Assembly (NCBI RefSeq): GCF_049554935.1
Contig: NZ_CP186926.1
Coordinates: forward strand, 768,001-832,000
Reading direction: 5' to 3'
Length of the DNA: 64,000 nucleotides
Source: Methanocaldococcus indicus
GTDB lineage: Archaea; AGJL01; Methanococci; Methanococcales; Methanocaldococcaceae
Both the position numbers and the translations under genes were made by a program. Below the pieces are notes generated by a model, which worked only from the letters and a program-made list of their open reading frames with translations, was not told the origin of the DNA and ran no database searches. Within the stretch, counting starts at the first letter, position 1. Every line of letters begins with the position of its first letter. Shown in pieces: positions 23,944 to 34,625 of this stretch.

Positions 23944-24897
23944 ATGATAAAGATTATTTATATAGTTGATGATAATTTAGCTAAAAAAATAAAAGAAATT
24001 TTAGAGTTCTTTAACTATCCTTCTGAAATATTTAATATAAAAGAGTTTGAAATAGAGGGAAATGAAGAAGGATTTATTTTTATATCTGCTATTGGAATTG
24101 TTATAAGGAAATATATTGATAAAATTAAGAAAGATAAATTTACAGACCCTTTTGTTATAGTTGCCAATGAAAAAAAGGAGTTCATCCCTATTTTATCTAA
24201 CCACTTAGGTAGAGGAAATTATTTTGCTAAACTGTTAGCTAATTATTTAAATGGGAAAGTTATTTTTACAACTGCAACAGATACTCATAACAAAGTAGGT
24301 TTAGATGAACTTACCAATATTCTATACTTAGAAAAGCCTAAAAGAGAAGATATACTAAAAATAAACAAAAAAATACTTTTTGAAGATGTAAATATAAAAA
24401 TTCCTCATTATTGGAGAATAAAAAAGATTGATGGCTACATTATTGAATACCACAATAAAAACTATGTTTTAGTTGATAATTATATAAAATTGAATCCTTT
24501 AAAAATAGTTGTTGGTGTAGGTTGTAGGAAAAACATTAAAGAGCATAAAGTATATTGGCTTATAAAAAAAGCTCTTTTTTTGAGAAATTTAGAGAGTTGG
24601 AGAGTTGATGCATTCTCATCAATATCTATAAAAAGAGATGAATTAGGACTTATTAATGCTATTAATAAGTTAAATAAAGAAATATTGTTTTTTGACAATA
24701 ATGAGCTTAACAATATAGTAGGTAAATACAACTTAAATAAAAATGATTTTGTTTATAAAAATACAGGAGCTTTTTCTGTTAGTGAAGCCTCTGCTTTATT
24801 AGGAGTTGAAAAGCTCTCAAAAAATAAAGGAAAGCTTTTATTAAAAAAGATTAAAAAAGATGGTGTATCTGTTAGCATAGCTATTGAGGATAGATAG
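23944..24897 (+). CDS. cbiG: Cobalamin biosynthesis protein CbiG
   Basis: KDKFTDP, TTATD, VGVGCRK and SVSEASA motifs. Confidence 0.9.
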   Translation: MIKIIYIVDDNLAKKIKEILEFFNYPSEIFNIKEFEIEGNEEGFIFISAIGIVIRKYIDKIKKDKFTDPFVIVANEKKEFIPILSNHLGRGNYFAKLLANYLNGKVIFTTATDTHNKVGLDELTNILYLEKPKREDILKINKKILFEDVNIKIPHYWRIKKIDGYIIEYHNKNYVLVDNYIKLNPLKIVVGVGCRKNIKEHKVYWLIKKALFLRNLESWRVDAFSSISIKRDELGLINAINKLNKEILFFDNNELNNIVGKYNLNKNDFVYKNTGAFSVSEASALLGVEKLSKNKGKLLLKKIKKDGVSVSIAIEDR

Positions 24898-24899
24898 TT

Positions 24900-25322
24900 A
24901 TGAAGTTAGAGCTTGGATATGGATTTAGATGTGTGAGATGTGGAAAGTGTTGTATCTCTCCTCCAACAGTTACAAAAAAAGATATCCAAAATATAGCAGG
25001 ATATCTAAACATTAGCTTTAAAGATTTCATTAAAAAATATTGTAGATACTTCAATGGTAAGAGAGGAGAAATTAAAAAAGTAAATGGAAAATGTGTATTT
25101 TTTAAAGATAATGGTTGTTCAATATACAAAGTTAGACCTATAATATGTAGATTTAGGCCATACTCAATACAATTTAAAAACAATGAGTTAGTAATAACTT
25201 ATGACAAATGGTTTTTAGAGAACTGTAAAGGACTATTTAAAGGAGAGTTGATAGATGAAGATTCATTAAGATACTATAAGTTAGTTTTAAAGTATCTTGG
25301 AGTTGAAAAAGCTCAGTATTAA
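24900..25322 (+). CDS. YkgJ family Fe-S/Zn cluster protein
   Basis: CVRCGKCC...CSIY.VRP.ICR..P motif. Confidence 0.88.
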   Translation: MKLELGYGFRCVRCGKCCISPPTVTKKDIQNIAGYLNISFKDFIKKYCRYFNGKRGEIKKVNGKCVFFKDNGCSIYKVRPIICRFRPYSIQFKNNELVITYDKWFLENCKGLFKGELIDEDSLRYYKLVLKYLGVEKAQY

Positions 25323-25452
25323 ACTACTCTTATATGTTATTATCTTCCAATTAAACTCTTTTCTAAATTTTACCTACACAAAAGAAATATATACTATTTT
25401 AAACATAAATTATTAGAAATTATACAAAAAAACGTGGTGAGGGGATGTTGTA

Positions 25453-27282
25453 ATGAAATTTTTAATGAACATCTCTATAAAAAAGAGACTTTTGGCTATC
25501 TTTTCCATACTTGTATTAATGTTAATTGGTTCTGCTGCTGTTACTGTTTATGTTCATAATAGTATTAAGCATGATGGTTATATAATAAATATAGCTGGAA
25601 AACAAAGAATGTTAATTCAAAAAATGTCTAAAGATGCATTTATGATTGCTGCTGGATATACTGAATACAAAAAAGATTTAAATGAAACAGCCAAAACCTT
25701 TGATACTGTATTAAATGATTTAATAAATGGAAATCCTGAGAAAGGTATTCCTCCAGCTCCTCCAGAAGTAAAAGAACAACTCTTAAAAGTTAAATCAATG
25801 TGGGACCCATTTTACCAAAATATAAAAATTATCTTAACAAAAAATCCAAACTCTCCAGAATTTAAAAAAGCTTTGGAATATATTAAAGACAATAATATTC
25901 CACTATTAGTAGAGATGAACAAAGCTGTTATGCTATATCAAGATTTATATGAAGATAAAATAGCATTTATAGACCACATAACAACACTATTTGCAATATT
26001 AGGAATAATAATTGGAATTATTGGATTATTTATTGTTAATAATACAATAATAAAACCATTAGAAAAATTAAAAGAAATTACTGAAAAACTTTCTAATAGG
26101 GAGTTTATTGATTTAGACAATAATGGATTTGGTAACGATGAGATTGGAGATATTTATAAAAATGTTTTAAAAATCTTAAACAATATGAAAGAAGATTTAG
26201 AAAAGATTAAAAAACAAGAAGAGAAAATTGAAAACATTCTAAAACAAATAACTGAAATAATGGAAGAAATTGCAAATGGTAATTTATCAAAAAGATTACC
26301 TGAAACTGAGGAAGTATTTAAAGATATAAACAAAGCATTAGATAAATTATCTGAATTAATCAAGGTTTTAAAAGAAAGTATCAAAAAAATAAATGAAGAT
26401 GCTAATAAAGTTGCTGATGAAATTATTAGAGTAAAAGAAGTTTCTGACCAAGTAGCAGATGCAACACAACAAGTAGCGACAGCGGCAACAGACCAATCAA
26501 CAAAACTACAAGATATAAGTCAAGAGTTAGAGGATGTTACAAATATAACAAGAGGTGTTTATGACTCCGCAGTCAGTGGAGTTGATGCTGTTAGAGTAGT
26601 AGAAGATTCTACAAATTTAGGAGTTGAAAAGGTTGAGCACGCAATTGAAACAATGCAAAGAATTGCAAACGTTATAGATGAGTTAGGTAGAGCTTTAGAA
26701 GAGTTAGGTAGAGAAAGCCAAAAAATTAATGAGATAACCGCTCTAATTAAAGATATTGCCGAACAAACAGGATTATTAGCATTAAACGCATCTATTGAAG
26801 CGGCAAGAGCAGGAGATGCTGGAAGAGGGTTTGCTGTTGTTGCAAGTGAAATTAAAGGTTTAGCTGAAGAGATTGGTAAGTCTGTTGATGACATTAACAA
26901 AACTATAAGTGAAATACAAGAGAAAATTAATAAAACAATTGATTTAGGGTTAGCTGGAAAAGAAGAGGTTGATAAAGGAGTTGTCGCAATTGATGAAGTT
27001 AATAATGCATTTATGAAAATTAAGGAGAGTGTTGATTTAGTAAATCAAAAGATGGAAGAGATAAAATCAGCGGCTGAAAAAGCTGCTGAGAGTATTCAAG
27101 CCGCTTTAAGAGATGTGCAAGATGTCGCTTCTATATCTGAAGAGTTCGCCGCTACCGCTGAAGAACTAACTGCCTCAACTGAAGAATTAAATGCTATTAT
27201 TGAAGAGATTAGTAAAGCTACAGACAAAGTCAGAGAAGAAGTAAATAGATTGGCTAAATATGCTGATTCATTTAAAGTATAA
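25453..27282 (+). CDS. Methyl-accepting chemotaxis protein with PilJ/NarX-type extracellular sensor
   Basis: [13 protein letters not shown] after TM1; MCP tip motif. Confidence 0.93.
   Translation: MKFLMNISIKKRLLAIFSILVLMLIGSAAVTVYVHNSIKHDGYIINIAGKQRMLIQKMSKDAFMIAAGYTEYKKDLNETAKTFDTVLNDLINGNPEKGIPPAPPEVKEQLLKVKSMWDPFYQNIKIILTKNPNSPEFKKALEYIKDNNIPLLVEMNKAVMLYQDLYEDKIAFIDHITTLFAILGIIIGIIGLFIVNNTIIKPLEKLKEITEKLSNREFIDLDNNGFGNDEIGDIYKNVLKILNNMKEDLEKIKKQEEKIENILKQITEIMEEIANGNLSKRLPETEEVFKDINKALDKLSELIKVLKESIKKINEDANKVADEIIRVKEVSDQVADATQQVATAATDQSTKLQDISQELEDVTNITRGVYDSAVSGVDAVRVVEDSTNLGVEKVEHAIETMQRIANVIDELGRALEELGRESQKINEITALIKDIAEQTGLLALNASIEAARAGDAGRGFAVVASEIKGLAEEIGKSVDDINKTISEIQEKINKTIDLGLAGKEEVDKGVVAIDEVNNAFMKIKESVDLVNQKMEEIKSAAEKAAESIQAALRDVQDVASISEEFAATAEELTASTEELNAIIEEISKATDKVREEVNRLAKYADSFKV
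26465..27195 (+). repeat. Near-identical copy 2 of MCP signalling module
   Basis: Matches 12248-12978. Confidence 0.93.
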
Positions 27283-27283
27283 A

Positions 27284-27676
27284 TTATAATAATCTTTTTT
27301 TAAAATTTTTAATAAATATTTTTAATCTCTCCAATGTCTCATCAGATAGTGCATGTTCTAACTTACAAGCCTCATCTGAAGCTTTTCTTTCATCTACTCC
27401 TAAAATTTCTACTAAAAATATTTTTATTGTTCTATGCTTATCATATATTTTTTTAGCTTTTTCTTCACCTTTATATGTCAGAGTTATACCAACATATGGC
27501 TCATAATTAACATAACCTAATTTCTGTAGCTTTTTAGCCATATTTGTAACAGCAGAAGGTTTTATATTTAATAAATTGGCTAATTCTGTTGTTTTTATAG
27601 GTCTTTTATTTTTCTTTATAAAAATATATATCTTTTCTAAATAATCCTCAATACTCTCAGACATCATAATCTCCAA
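27284..27676 (-). CDS. DtxR/MntR-family metal-dependent regulator
   Basis: SIEDYLEKIY and EACKLEH motifs; divergent from feoAB. Confidence 0.93.
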   Translation of the reverse strand: MEIMMSESIEDYLEKIYIFIKKNKRPIKTTELANLLNIKPSAVTNMAKKLQKLGYVNYEPYVGITLTYKGEEKAKKIYDKHRTIKIFLVEILGVDERKASDEACKLEHALSDETLERLKIFIKNFKKRLL

Positions 27677-27699
27677 AAGCTTTTTATATGATAAAATTT

Positions 27700-27734
27700 T
27701 TTAACTATAATTAAATTTTTTAACCATATTTAAA
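27700..27734. promoter_or_regulatory. Tandem palindromic boxes, putative DtxR-family operator
   Basis: TTTAACTATAATTAAA (27700-27715) and TTTAACCATATTTAAA (27719-27734), 19-bp period. Confidence 0.5.
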
Positions 27735-27746
27735 AGTTGTGGTTAT

Positions 27747-27968
27747 ATGTATCCATTAGCATTTGCAAAAGAGGGAGAAGAAGTTATTATAAAAAAAATT
27801 AATGCTGGATATGGGGCTATACATAAGCTATCAAGTATGGGGTTAAATGTAGGTAGTAGAATTAGAGTTGTAAGAAATCAAAGTGGTCCTATTATAGTGA
27901 ATGCAAGAGGTTGTAATATTGCTATTGGAAGAGGATTAGCTATGAAAATATTGGTAGATAAGGGATAG
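27747..27968 (+). CDS. feoA: Ferrous iron transport protein A
   Basis: LSSMGLNVG...AIGRGLA motif; precedes feoB. Confidence 0.93.
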   Translation: MYPLAFAKEGEEVIIKKINAGYGAIHKLSSMGLNVGSRIRVVRNQSGPIIVNARGCNIAIGRGLAMKILVDKG

Positions 27969-27971
27969 GAT

Positions 27972-29960
27972 ATGTATGAAATAGCTTTAATAGGAAATCC
28001 TAATGTTGGTAAATCTACATTGTTTAATATTTTAACTGGTGAAAATGTATATATTGGGAATTGGCCAGGAGTTACAGTTGAAAAGAAGGAAGGATATTTT
28101 ACATACAATGGAGAAAAGTTTAAAGTAGTAGATTTGCCAGGTGTGTATAGTTTAACAGCCAACTCTATTGATGAGATAGTAGCAAGAGATTATATATTTT
28201 ATGAGAATCCTGATTTAGTTGTAAATATTGTAGATGCAACTGCATTAGAGAGAAATTTATACTTAACTCTACAACTTATGGAGATGGAGCCTAATTTATT
28301 AATTGCTTTAAATAAAGTTGATTTAGCTGAAAAGTTAGGGATAGATATTGATATTAAAAAGTTGGAAGAGTTGTTAGGAGTTAAAGTAGTTCCAATATCT
28401 GCTACAAAGAAAAAAGGAATTGATAAATTAAAAAAAGAGATTTATGAAGCTGTTAAAAATAAAAAGAAATCTAAAATTAAATATAAAAATTTAGAGCCAT
28501 ATATAAAAAAGATAACATCTATTTTAGAGAAGGACAAAAATTTAAAAAAATATAATTTAAGATACTTGGCAATAAAATTAATTGAAGGAGACAAATATAT
28601 TAATGAAATTGTAAAAAAAAGCAATGTGTGGGATGATATAAAAAAAGTGTTAGATGATATCAAAAAGAAATATGGAGATTTAGAGTATCTCTTAGTTGAA
28701 GAGAGATACAAAATAATAGATGAGATAGTCAATAAATCAGTTAAAAGAAAAGTTAAAAAAATAACTTTTTCACAGATGCTTGATGATGTCTTTACAGATG
28801 AAAAAGTAGGAATTTTGATGCTAATTCCTCTTTTATGGATGTTATTTAAATTTACATTTGATGTATCAGCACCTTTTTCAGATATAATTAATTATATTTT
28901 TTCATATTTATCTGAGTTAATAAAAACTACTCTCCCAAATGAATTTTTAGCTTCATTATTGGCAGATGGAATTATTTCAGGAGTTGGAACTGTTTTAGTA
29001 TTCTTTCCTATATTACTATTTTTGTTCTTTGCACTATCATTTTTAGAAGAAAGTGGATTTATGGCAAGAATTCCATTTATTGCTGATAGAATCATGAACA
29101 AATTTGGACTACCTGGAAAGGCAGTTATACCATTAGTTATGGGATTTGGTTGTAATGTTCCAGCAATATTAGCCACAAGAACTATTGAAGATAAGTATGA
29201 TAGAATAATAACAATAATTATAAATCCTTTAATGTCTTGTTCTGCAAGATTGCCAATATATGCACTCTTTGCAGGAGCTTTATTTACAGAATATCAGGGA
29301 ATTGTTATCTTATCTATGTATCTTTTAGGATTAATCTTAGCTTTAACTTTATCTTTATTGTTTAGAAAGTTTATATTTAAAACATCTCCATCTTACTTAA
29401 TCATAGAGCTTCCTCAGTATCAAATACCACATTTACATATTGTTTTAAAAAATACTTGGGAGAGGGTTTATGACTTCCTAAAAAAAGCTGGGACTATTAT
29501 TGTCTTTGGTGTAGTATTAGTTTGGTTCCTATCTGTATATGGACCTTCTGGATATTTAGGAGTAGATGCCTTAAAAAATCCAGATTTAATATCTAAATCT
29601 TATGTTGCATTAATTGGTAAAATTCTATCTCCTTTATTTTCTCCTATGGGTTGGGATTGGAGAGCTTGCTCTTCATTGATATTTGGATTCATAGCTAAGG
29701 AGTTAGTTGTTGGAAGTTTAGCAATTCTTTATGGAGTAGGTGAAGAAAAATTAACCTCTATTATTTCCCATGCATTTACTCCTGTATCTGCATTTGCCTT
29801 TATGGCATTTACTTTAATATATGTTCCATGTGTAGCAACACTAACAGCTATAAAACAAGAGCTTGGTTGGAAGTGGGTTATATTTACAGTTGTCTATGAA
29901 ATGATTTTGGCTTATATAGTTGCCTTATTAATATCAATAATTGGAAATATAATATTTTGA
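27972..29960 (+). CDS. feoB: Ferrous iron transport protein B
   Basis: [21 protein letters not shown] and GFGCNVPA motifs. Confidence 0.97.
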   Translation: MYEIALIGNPNVGKSTLFNILTGENVYIGNWPGVTVEKKEGYFTYNGEKFKVVDLPGVYSLTANSIDEIVARDYIFYENPDLVVNIVDATALERNLYLTLQLMEMEPNLLIALNKVDLAEKLGIDIDIKKLEELLGVKVVPISATKKKGIDKLKKEIYEAVKNKKKSKIKYKNLEPYIKKITSILEKDKNLKKYNLRYLAIKLIEGDKYINEIVKKSNVWDDIKKVLDDIKKKYGDLEYLLVEERYKIIDEIVNKSVKRKVKKITFSQMLDDVFTDEKVGILMLIPLLWMLFKFTFDVSAPFSDIINYIFSYLSELIKTTLPNEFLASLLADGIISGVGTVLVFFPILLFLFFALSFLEESGFMARIPFIADRIMNKFGLPGKAVIPLVMGFGCNVPAILATRTIEDKYDRIITIIINPLMSCSARLPIYALFAGALFTEYQGIVILSMYLLGLILALTLSLLFRKFIFKTSPSYLIIELPQYQIPHLHIVLKNTWERVYDFLKKAGTIIVFGVVLVWFLSVYGPSGYLGVDALKNPDLISKSYVALIGKILSPLFSPMGWDWRACSSLIFGFIAKELVVGSLAILYGVGEEKLTSIISHAFTPVSAFAFMAFTLIYVPCVATLTAIKQELGWKWVIFTVVYEMILAYIVALLISIIGNIIF

Positions 29961-29970
29961 GGGTCTATTT

Positions 29971-30372
29971 ATGGACATAAAACAGATAAAAAATAAATTA
30001 ATCACACTCTCTTTAATATTTGGATGCCTATCTATAATCTTAGGAAGTATTGAGGTTTTAGTTGGACTGTATAATATATTTTTTGGAAATATAAGAATTC
30101 CTTTATTTTGTGGGGATGTATTTGGAGGAATATCATTATTAGCTATTGGAATAGTTTATTTATTAGGATTTAAAAAAGCTAAGAATGAGGATATAAAAGC
30201 TCTTTCATATATTTTTACTGCTTCAATTATTGGATTAGGGATAGGAATAGTTTCTATTTTAGTATTATTAGCTCACTTAATAGTTATGGAATTTTATGGT
30301 ATAAACATATATATTGTATTTGGTATATTGTCAATAATTCCTTACAGAATTATTAAAAATTTTGTTGATTAA
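29971..30372 (+). CDS. Hypothetical membrane protein in feo operon
   Basis: Four hydrophobic segments. Confidence 0.75.
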   Translation: MDIKQIKNKLITLSLIFGCLSIILGSIEVLVGLYNIFFGNIRIPLFCGDVFGGISLLAIGIVYLLGFKKAKNEDIKALSYIFTASIIGLGIGIVSILVLLAHLIVMEFYGINIYIVFGILSIIPYRIIKNFVD

Positions 30373-30392
30373 ATCTTTTTTTTGGTGGAAAT

Positions 30393-31250
30393 ATGATACT
30401 ATTAGATGAAAACACAAGGGCTATTGTTCAGGGAATAACTGGAAGACAGGGAAGTTTCCATACAAAGAAGATGTTAGAGGCAGGAACTAAAATTGTTGGT
30501 GGAGTTACTCCTGGAAAAGGTGGAAAAGAGGTTCATGGAGTTAAAGTGTATAATACAGTTAGAGAAGCTGTGAAAGAGACAGATGCAAATGCATCAGTTA
30601 TTTTTGTTCCTGCTCCTTTTGCAAAAGATGCAGTTTTTGAAGCTATGGAGTATTTAGATTTAGTTGTTGTAATAACTGAAGGAATTCCTATACATGACAG
30701 TATGGAATTTATAAACTATGCTGAAGAGTTAGGGGTTAATATTATTGGACCTAATACTCCTGGAATTGCTTCTCCAAAGGTTGGAAAGTTAGGAATTATA
30801 CCAATGGAAGTCTTAAAAGAGGGTAATATAGGAATAGTTTCAAGAAGTGGAACATTAACTTATGAGATAGCCAATCAACTAAAAAATAACAACTTAGGAG
30901 TATCAACATGTGTAGGAATTGGAGGAGACCCTATAATTGGTTTAGGATTTAAAGAGATTTTAAAGATGTTTAATGAAGATGAAGATACCAAAGCTATTGT
31001 AATGGTTGGAGAGATAGGGGGTAGTTTAGAAGAAGAGGCAGCAAAAATAATCAAAAATCTAAAAAAGCCAGTTGTAGGATTTATAGCAGGAAAATCTGCA
31101 CCAGAAGGAAAAAGAATGGGACATGCAGGGGCTATAATAGAAAGAGGAAAAGGGACAGCAGAAAGTAAAATAAAAGCTTTAAAAGAAGCAGGTGCTCATG
31201 TAGCAGAGAATATAACAGACATCCCAAAAATATTAATGGAAATACTTTGA
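30393..31250 (+). CDS. sucD: Succinyl-CoA synthetase alpha subunit
   Basis: QGITG, GPNTPG and RMGHAGA motifs. Confidence 0.96.
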   Translation: MILLDENTRAIVQGITGRQGSFHTKKMLEAGTKIVGGVTPGKGGKEVHGVKVYNTVREAVKETDANASVIFVPAPFAKDAVFEAMEYLDLVVVITEGIPIHDSMEFINYAEELGVNIIGPNTPGIASPKVGKLGIIPMEVLKEGNIGIVSRSGTLTYEIANQLKNNNLGVSTCVGIGGDPIIGLGFKEILKMFNEDEDTKAIVMVGEIGGSLEEEAAKIIKNLKKPVVGFIAGKSAPEGKRMGHAGAIIERGKGTAESKIKALKEAGAHVAENITDIPKILMEIL

Positions 31251-31778
31251 ATTAATTATATTTATTATTTGAATATATCTATCTTCTATTCTCTCCAATG
31301 TTGATAAATCATATCTATGTGTTTTTATTTCACCACCCAAATAATCAGGAGCTAATAAAATTCCTTCATTATCTATCTCTAATCCTAAATCTATAACCAC
31401 TTTTTTAATCATACTCCCTATTGGATTAACTTTAACATTTTTATATTTTAATTTATTCTTTATTATTTGTTCTCTTTTTTTAATATAATTTATAAAAGAA
31501 TTTATTTTCCTGTTATCTCCAATTTTTAATTTTTTTAATTCTTCAAGGGATGAAATTAAATCTTTAAAAGTAGAAGATTTTATTTCTATAATTTTAGCAT
31601 TAGGATTTAACTTTTTTACTTTTTCTCTATATCCTTTTGAAATAATTATTATATCACAATCAACTTTTTCATTGTAAGGATTAACAACCTTATAATTAGC
31701 TCCGATAGTTCTTAAAATATCTTCATACATCTTACTAACTCCAATTTTCATATAACTCCCCAATTGTATTACTTCCAA
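31233..31778 (-). CDS. Hypothetical protein
   Basis: 181-aa ORF; likely start at MKIGVS. Confidence 0.7.
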   Translation of the reverse strand: MEVIQLGSYMKIGVSKMYEDILRTIGANYKVVNPYNEKVDCDIIIISKGYREKVKKLNPNAKIIEIKSSTFKDLISSLEELKKLKIGDNRKINSFINYIKKREQIIKNKLKYKNVKVNPIGSMIKKVVIDLGLEIDNEGILLAPDYLGGEIKTHRYDLSTLERIEDRYIQIINIINSKYFH

Positions 31779-31957
31779 CTAATATTTAACTATTTTATTA
31801 CTATTTTTTAATATTATCTAACTCAATCAATAATAAATTTTATTACAACTAAATATTATTTTAGCAATAATAAAAATCAGTTAAATTTATATATTAAATT
31901 AATTTTAATTTAGACATATCAAGTTTTGTTTAATTAATATATTTAATAGGTGATTGT

Positions 31958-32644
31958 ATGCATATAATGGAAGGATATCTTCCAATAATGTGGTGTGTAT
32001 TTTGGTATTTAGTAGCTATCCCATTTTGGATTTATGGAATAATAAAGTTAAAGAAGTTATTTAGTAAAATGCCAGAAGTTAAGCCTCTTGTTGCTATTGC
32101 AGGGGCTTATATGTTTATATTAAGTTCATTAAAAATGCCATCTGTTACTGGAAGTTGTTCTCACCCATGTGGTAATGGTTTAGGTGCAGTGTTATTTGGT
32201 CCTGCTGTTACATCAATTTTAGCAGCTATTACATTGTTATTCCAAGCTTTACTGTTAGCTCATGGAGGGATTACAACTTTAGGAGCTAATTGTGTTTCTA
32301 TGGGTATTGTTGGACCAATTGTTGGTTGGGCATTATACAAAGCTTTAAAAGGAAAAATAAATTCTACTTATGCTGTTGGTTTAGCTGCTATGTTTGCAGA
32401 TTGGGCTACTTATGTTACAACATCTATTCAATTAACATTAGCATTTCCAGGAGACAATCCAGTAAATACATTTATGGCATTTGCAACAGTATTTGCAGTT
32501 ACTCAAATCCCATTAGCTATAGCTGAAGGTATATTAACAATGATAATCTGGGACTACTTGAAGAAATTAAGACCAGACTTATTATTGAAGTTGGGAGTTA
32601 TTGATGAAAGTGAAGTTTCACATATAACACCAACAACACACTAA
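31958..32644 (+). CDS. cbiM: Cobalt ECF transporter S component
   Basis: MHIMEGYL and GSCSHP motifs. Confidence 0.96.
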   Translation: MHIMEGYLPIMWCVFWYLVAIPFWIYGIIKLKKLFSKMPEVKPLVAIAGAYMFILSSLKMPSVTGSCSHPCGNGLGAVLFGPAVTSILAAITLLFQALLLAHGGITTLGANCVSMGIVGPIVGWALYKALKGKINSTYAVGLAAMFADWATYVTTSIQLTLAFPGDNPVNTFMAFATVFAVTQIPLAIAEGILTMIIWDYLKKLRPDLLLKLGVIDESEVSHITPTTH

Positions 32645-32660
32645 AAAATTAGGTGATATA

Positions 32661-32939
32661 TTGGAAGCCAAACATTTAATTCTCTTAGGAATTGTAGCAA
32701 TATTAATGGTCCTTCCACTAATATTAAAACCAAATGCTGAATTTGGAGGAGCAGATGATGCAGCTGAAGGAGTTATAGAAAAAGTAGACCCTAACTACCA
32801 TCCATGGTTTGAGCCAATTTGGGAACCTCCAAGTGGAGAAATAGAAAGTCTATTGTTTGCTTTACAAGCTGCTATAGGAGCTATAATTATTGGTTACTAT
32901 ATAGGATACTTTAGAGCTAAGTCTCAATACTCTCAATAG
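32661..32939 (+). CDS. cbiN: Cobalt transport protein CbiN
   Basis: FGGADD and EPPSGEIESLLFALQAA motifs. Confidence 0.96.
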   Translation: MEAKHLILLGIVAILMVLPLILKPNAEFGGADDAAEGVIEKVDPNYHPWFEPIWEPPSGEIESLLFALQAAIGAIIIGYYIGYFRAKSQYSQ

Positions 32940-32953
32940 ATTTTTTTATTTTT

Positions 32954-33745
32954 TTGGGGGAATATAAGATGTTATCTGTTGATTACATCTCTTTTAACAA
33001 TAAACTAAAAAATGTAAATCCTAAGCTAAAAGTTTTATTTGCTACTGTATCTTTATTTGTTGCTGTTCTTTCTAAGTCAGCTATAGTTCCTCTTTTAATA
33101 TCATTAATTATGATATATTTGACTCTATTTAAAGCAGAAGTTCCAAAAAAAATTTATTTGACTTTATTAACCCCTGTTATTGGTTTTGGTTTATTTAATT
33201 TAGTATTTATGGGATTTTGGTATGGAAATACTTCAATAATAAGCTTTGAAATATTTAATATTACAATTGGTTTCAAAAAAGAAGGGTTAGAGTTAGGGTT
33301 GTTAGTTTTTAGTAGGATGCTTGGTGGAGTTACATCCACATTATTTTTAGCTTTAACTACACCAATGACTGAATTAATGTATGTATTAAGAGATTTAAAA
33401 TTACCAAGTATTATAGTAGAAATAACCATGATGATGTATAGGTATATTTTTGTTTTATTAGATGAATTAATAAGAATGCAACAAGCTCAAGAAACAAGAT
33501 TGGGCTATGTAAATTTAAAAACCTCATACAAATCCTTAGGAATGTTGGCAGTTAATTTATTTATAAGAACATTTGAAAAAGGAGAAAAAGCATATATTGC
33601 CATGATTTCAAGATGTTATGATGGAGAACTGAAATCATTAACAAAAATAGAAAATCCAAAATTAGCATATACTTTGTTAGTTATTTTATTTGGAATATTT
33701 ATGATTATTCTAAGCTATTTAACTAAGTATATGAAAATATTATAA
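32954..33745 (+). CDS. cbiQ: Cobalt ECF transporter T component
   Basis: YRYIFVL, AQETRLGY and AMISRCY motifs. Confidence 0.94.
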   Translation: MGEYKMLSVDYISFNNKLKNVNPKLKVLFATVSLFVAVLSKSAIVPLLISLIMIYLTLFKAEVPKKIYLTLLTPVIGFGLFNLVFMGFWYGNTSIISFEIFNITIGFKKEGLELGLLVFSRMLGGVTSTLFLALTTPMTELMYVLRDLKLPSIIVEITMMMYRYIFVLLDELIRMQQAQETRLGYVNLKTSYKSLGMLAVNLFIRTFEKGEKAYIAMISRCYDGELKSLTKIENPKLAYTLLVILFGIFMIILSYLTKYMKIL

Positions 33746-33769
33746 TATAAATTTTTTTTTGGTGTTATT

Positions 33770-34612
33770 ATGAGCTATATTTTAGAGACAAGAGATTTAC
33801 ATTATATTTATCCAGATGGAACCCATGTTTTAAAAGGGATAAACTTTAAAGTTAAAGAAGGAGAGATGGTGGCTCTTCTTGGACCTAATGGAGCTGGAAA
33901 ATCAACTTTATTTTTACACTTTAATGGAATTTTAAAACCAACAAAAGGAGAAGTATTGATTAAAGGGAAACCAATAAAATATAATAAAGAAGGTTTAATA
34001 AAAGTTAGAAAAACTGTTGGTTTAGTTTTTCAAAATCCTGATGACCAAATATTTGCTCCAACAGTTTTGGAAGATGTTGCTTTTGGACCATTAAATTTAG
34101 GTTTATCAAAAGAGGAAGTTGAAAGGAGAGTTAAAGAAGCTTTAAAAGCTGTAGGTATGGAAGGTTTTGAGGATAAACCGCCACATCATCTAAGTGGAGG
34201 GCAGAAGAAAAGAGTAGCTATAGCTGGAATATTGGCTATGGAACCAGATATAATTGTATTAGATGAACCAACAGCAGGTTTAGACCCTTTGGGAGCATCT
34301 CAAATAATGAAACTTTTGTATGAATTAAATAAACAAGGAAAAACAATTATTATATCTACTCATGATGTTGATTTAGTTCCTGTTTATGCAGATAGAGTTT
34401 ATGTAATGTATAATGGACAAATTTTAAAGGAAGGAACAGTAAAAGAAGTTTTTGAAGATGTAGAAAGTTTAAGAAAAGCACATTTAAGATTACCAAGAGT
34501 AGCTCATCTTGTTGAAATTTTAAACAAAAAAGATAATTTAAATTTAAAAATGGGATATACTATAGGGGAAGTTAGAAGAAATATCTTAGAATATTTAAAA
34601 GAAAAATGTTAA
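33770..34612 (+). CDS. cbiO: Cobalt ECF transporter ATPase
   Basis: GPNGAGKS, FQNPDDQ and LSGGQKKR motifs. Confidence 0.95.
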   Translation: MSYILETRDLHYIYPDGTHVLKGINFKVKEGEMVALLGPNGAGKSTLFLHFNGILKPTKGEVLIKGKPIKYNKEGLIKVRKTVGLVFQNPDDQIFAPTVLEDVAFGPLNLGLSKEEVERRVKEALKAVGMEGFEDKPPHHLSGGQKKRVAIAGILAMEPDIIVLDEPTAGLDPLGASQIMKLLYELNKQGKTIIISTHDVDLVPVYADRVYVMYNGQILKEGTVKEVFEDVESLRKAHLRLPRVAHLVEILNKKDNLNLKMGYTIGEVRRNILEYLKEKC

Positions 34613-34625
34613 TTTTATATTTATA

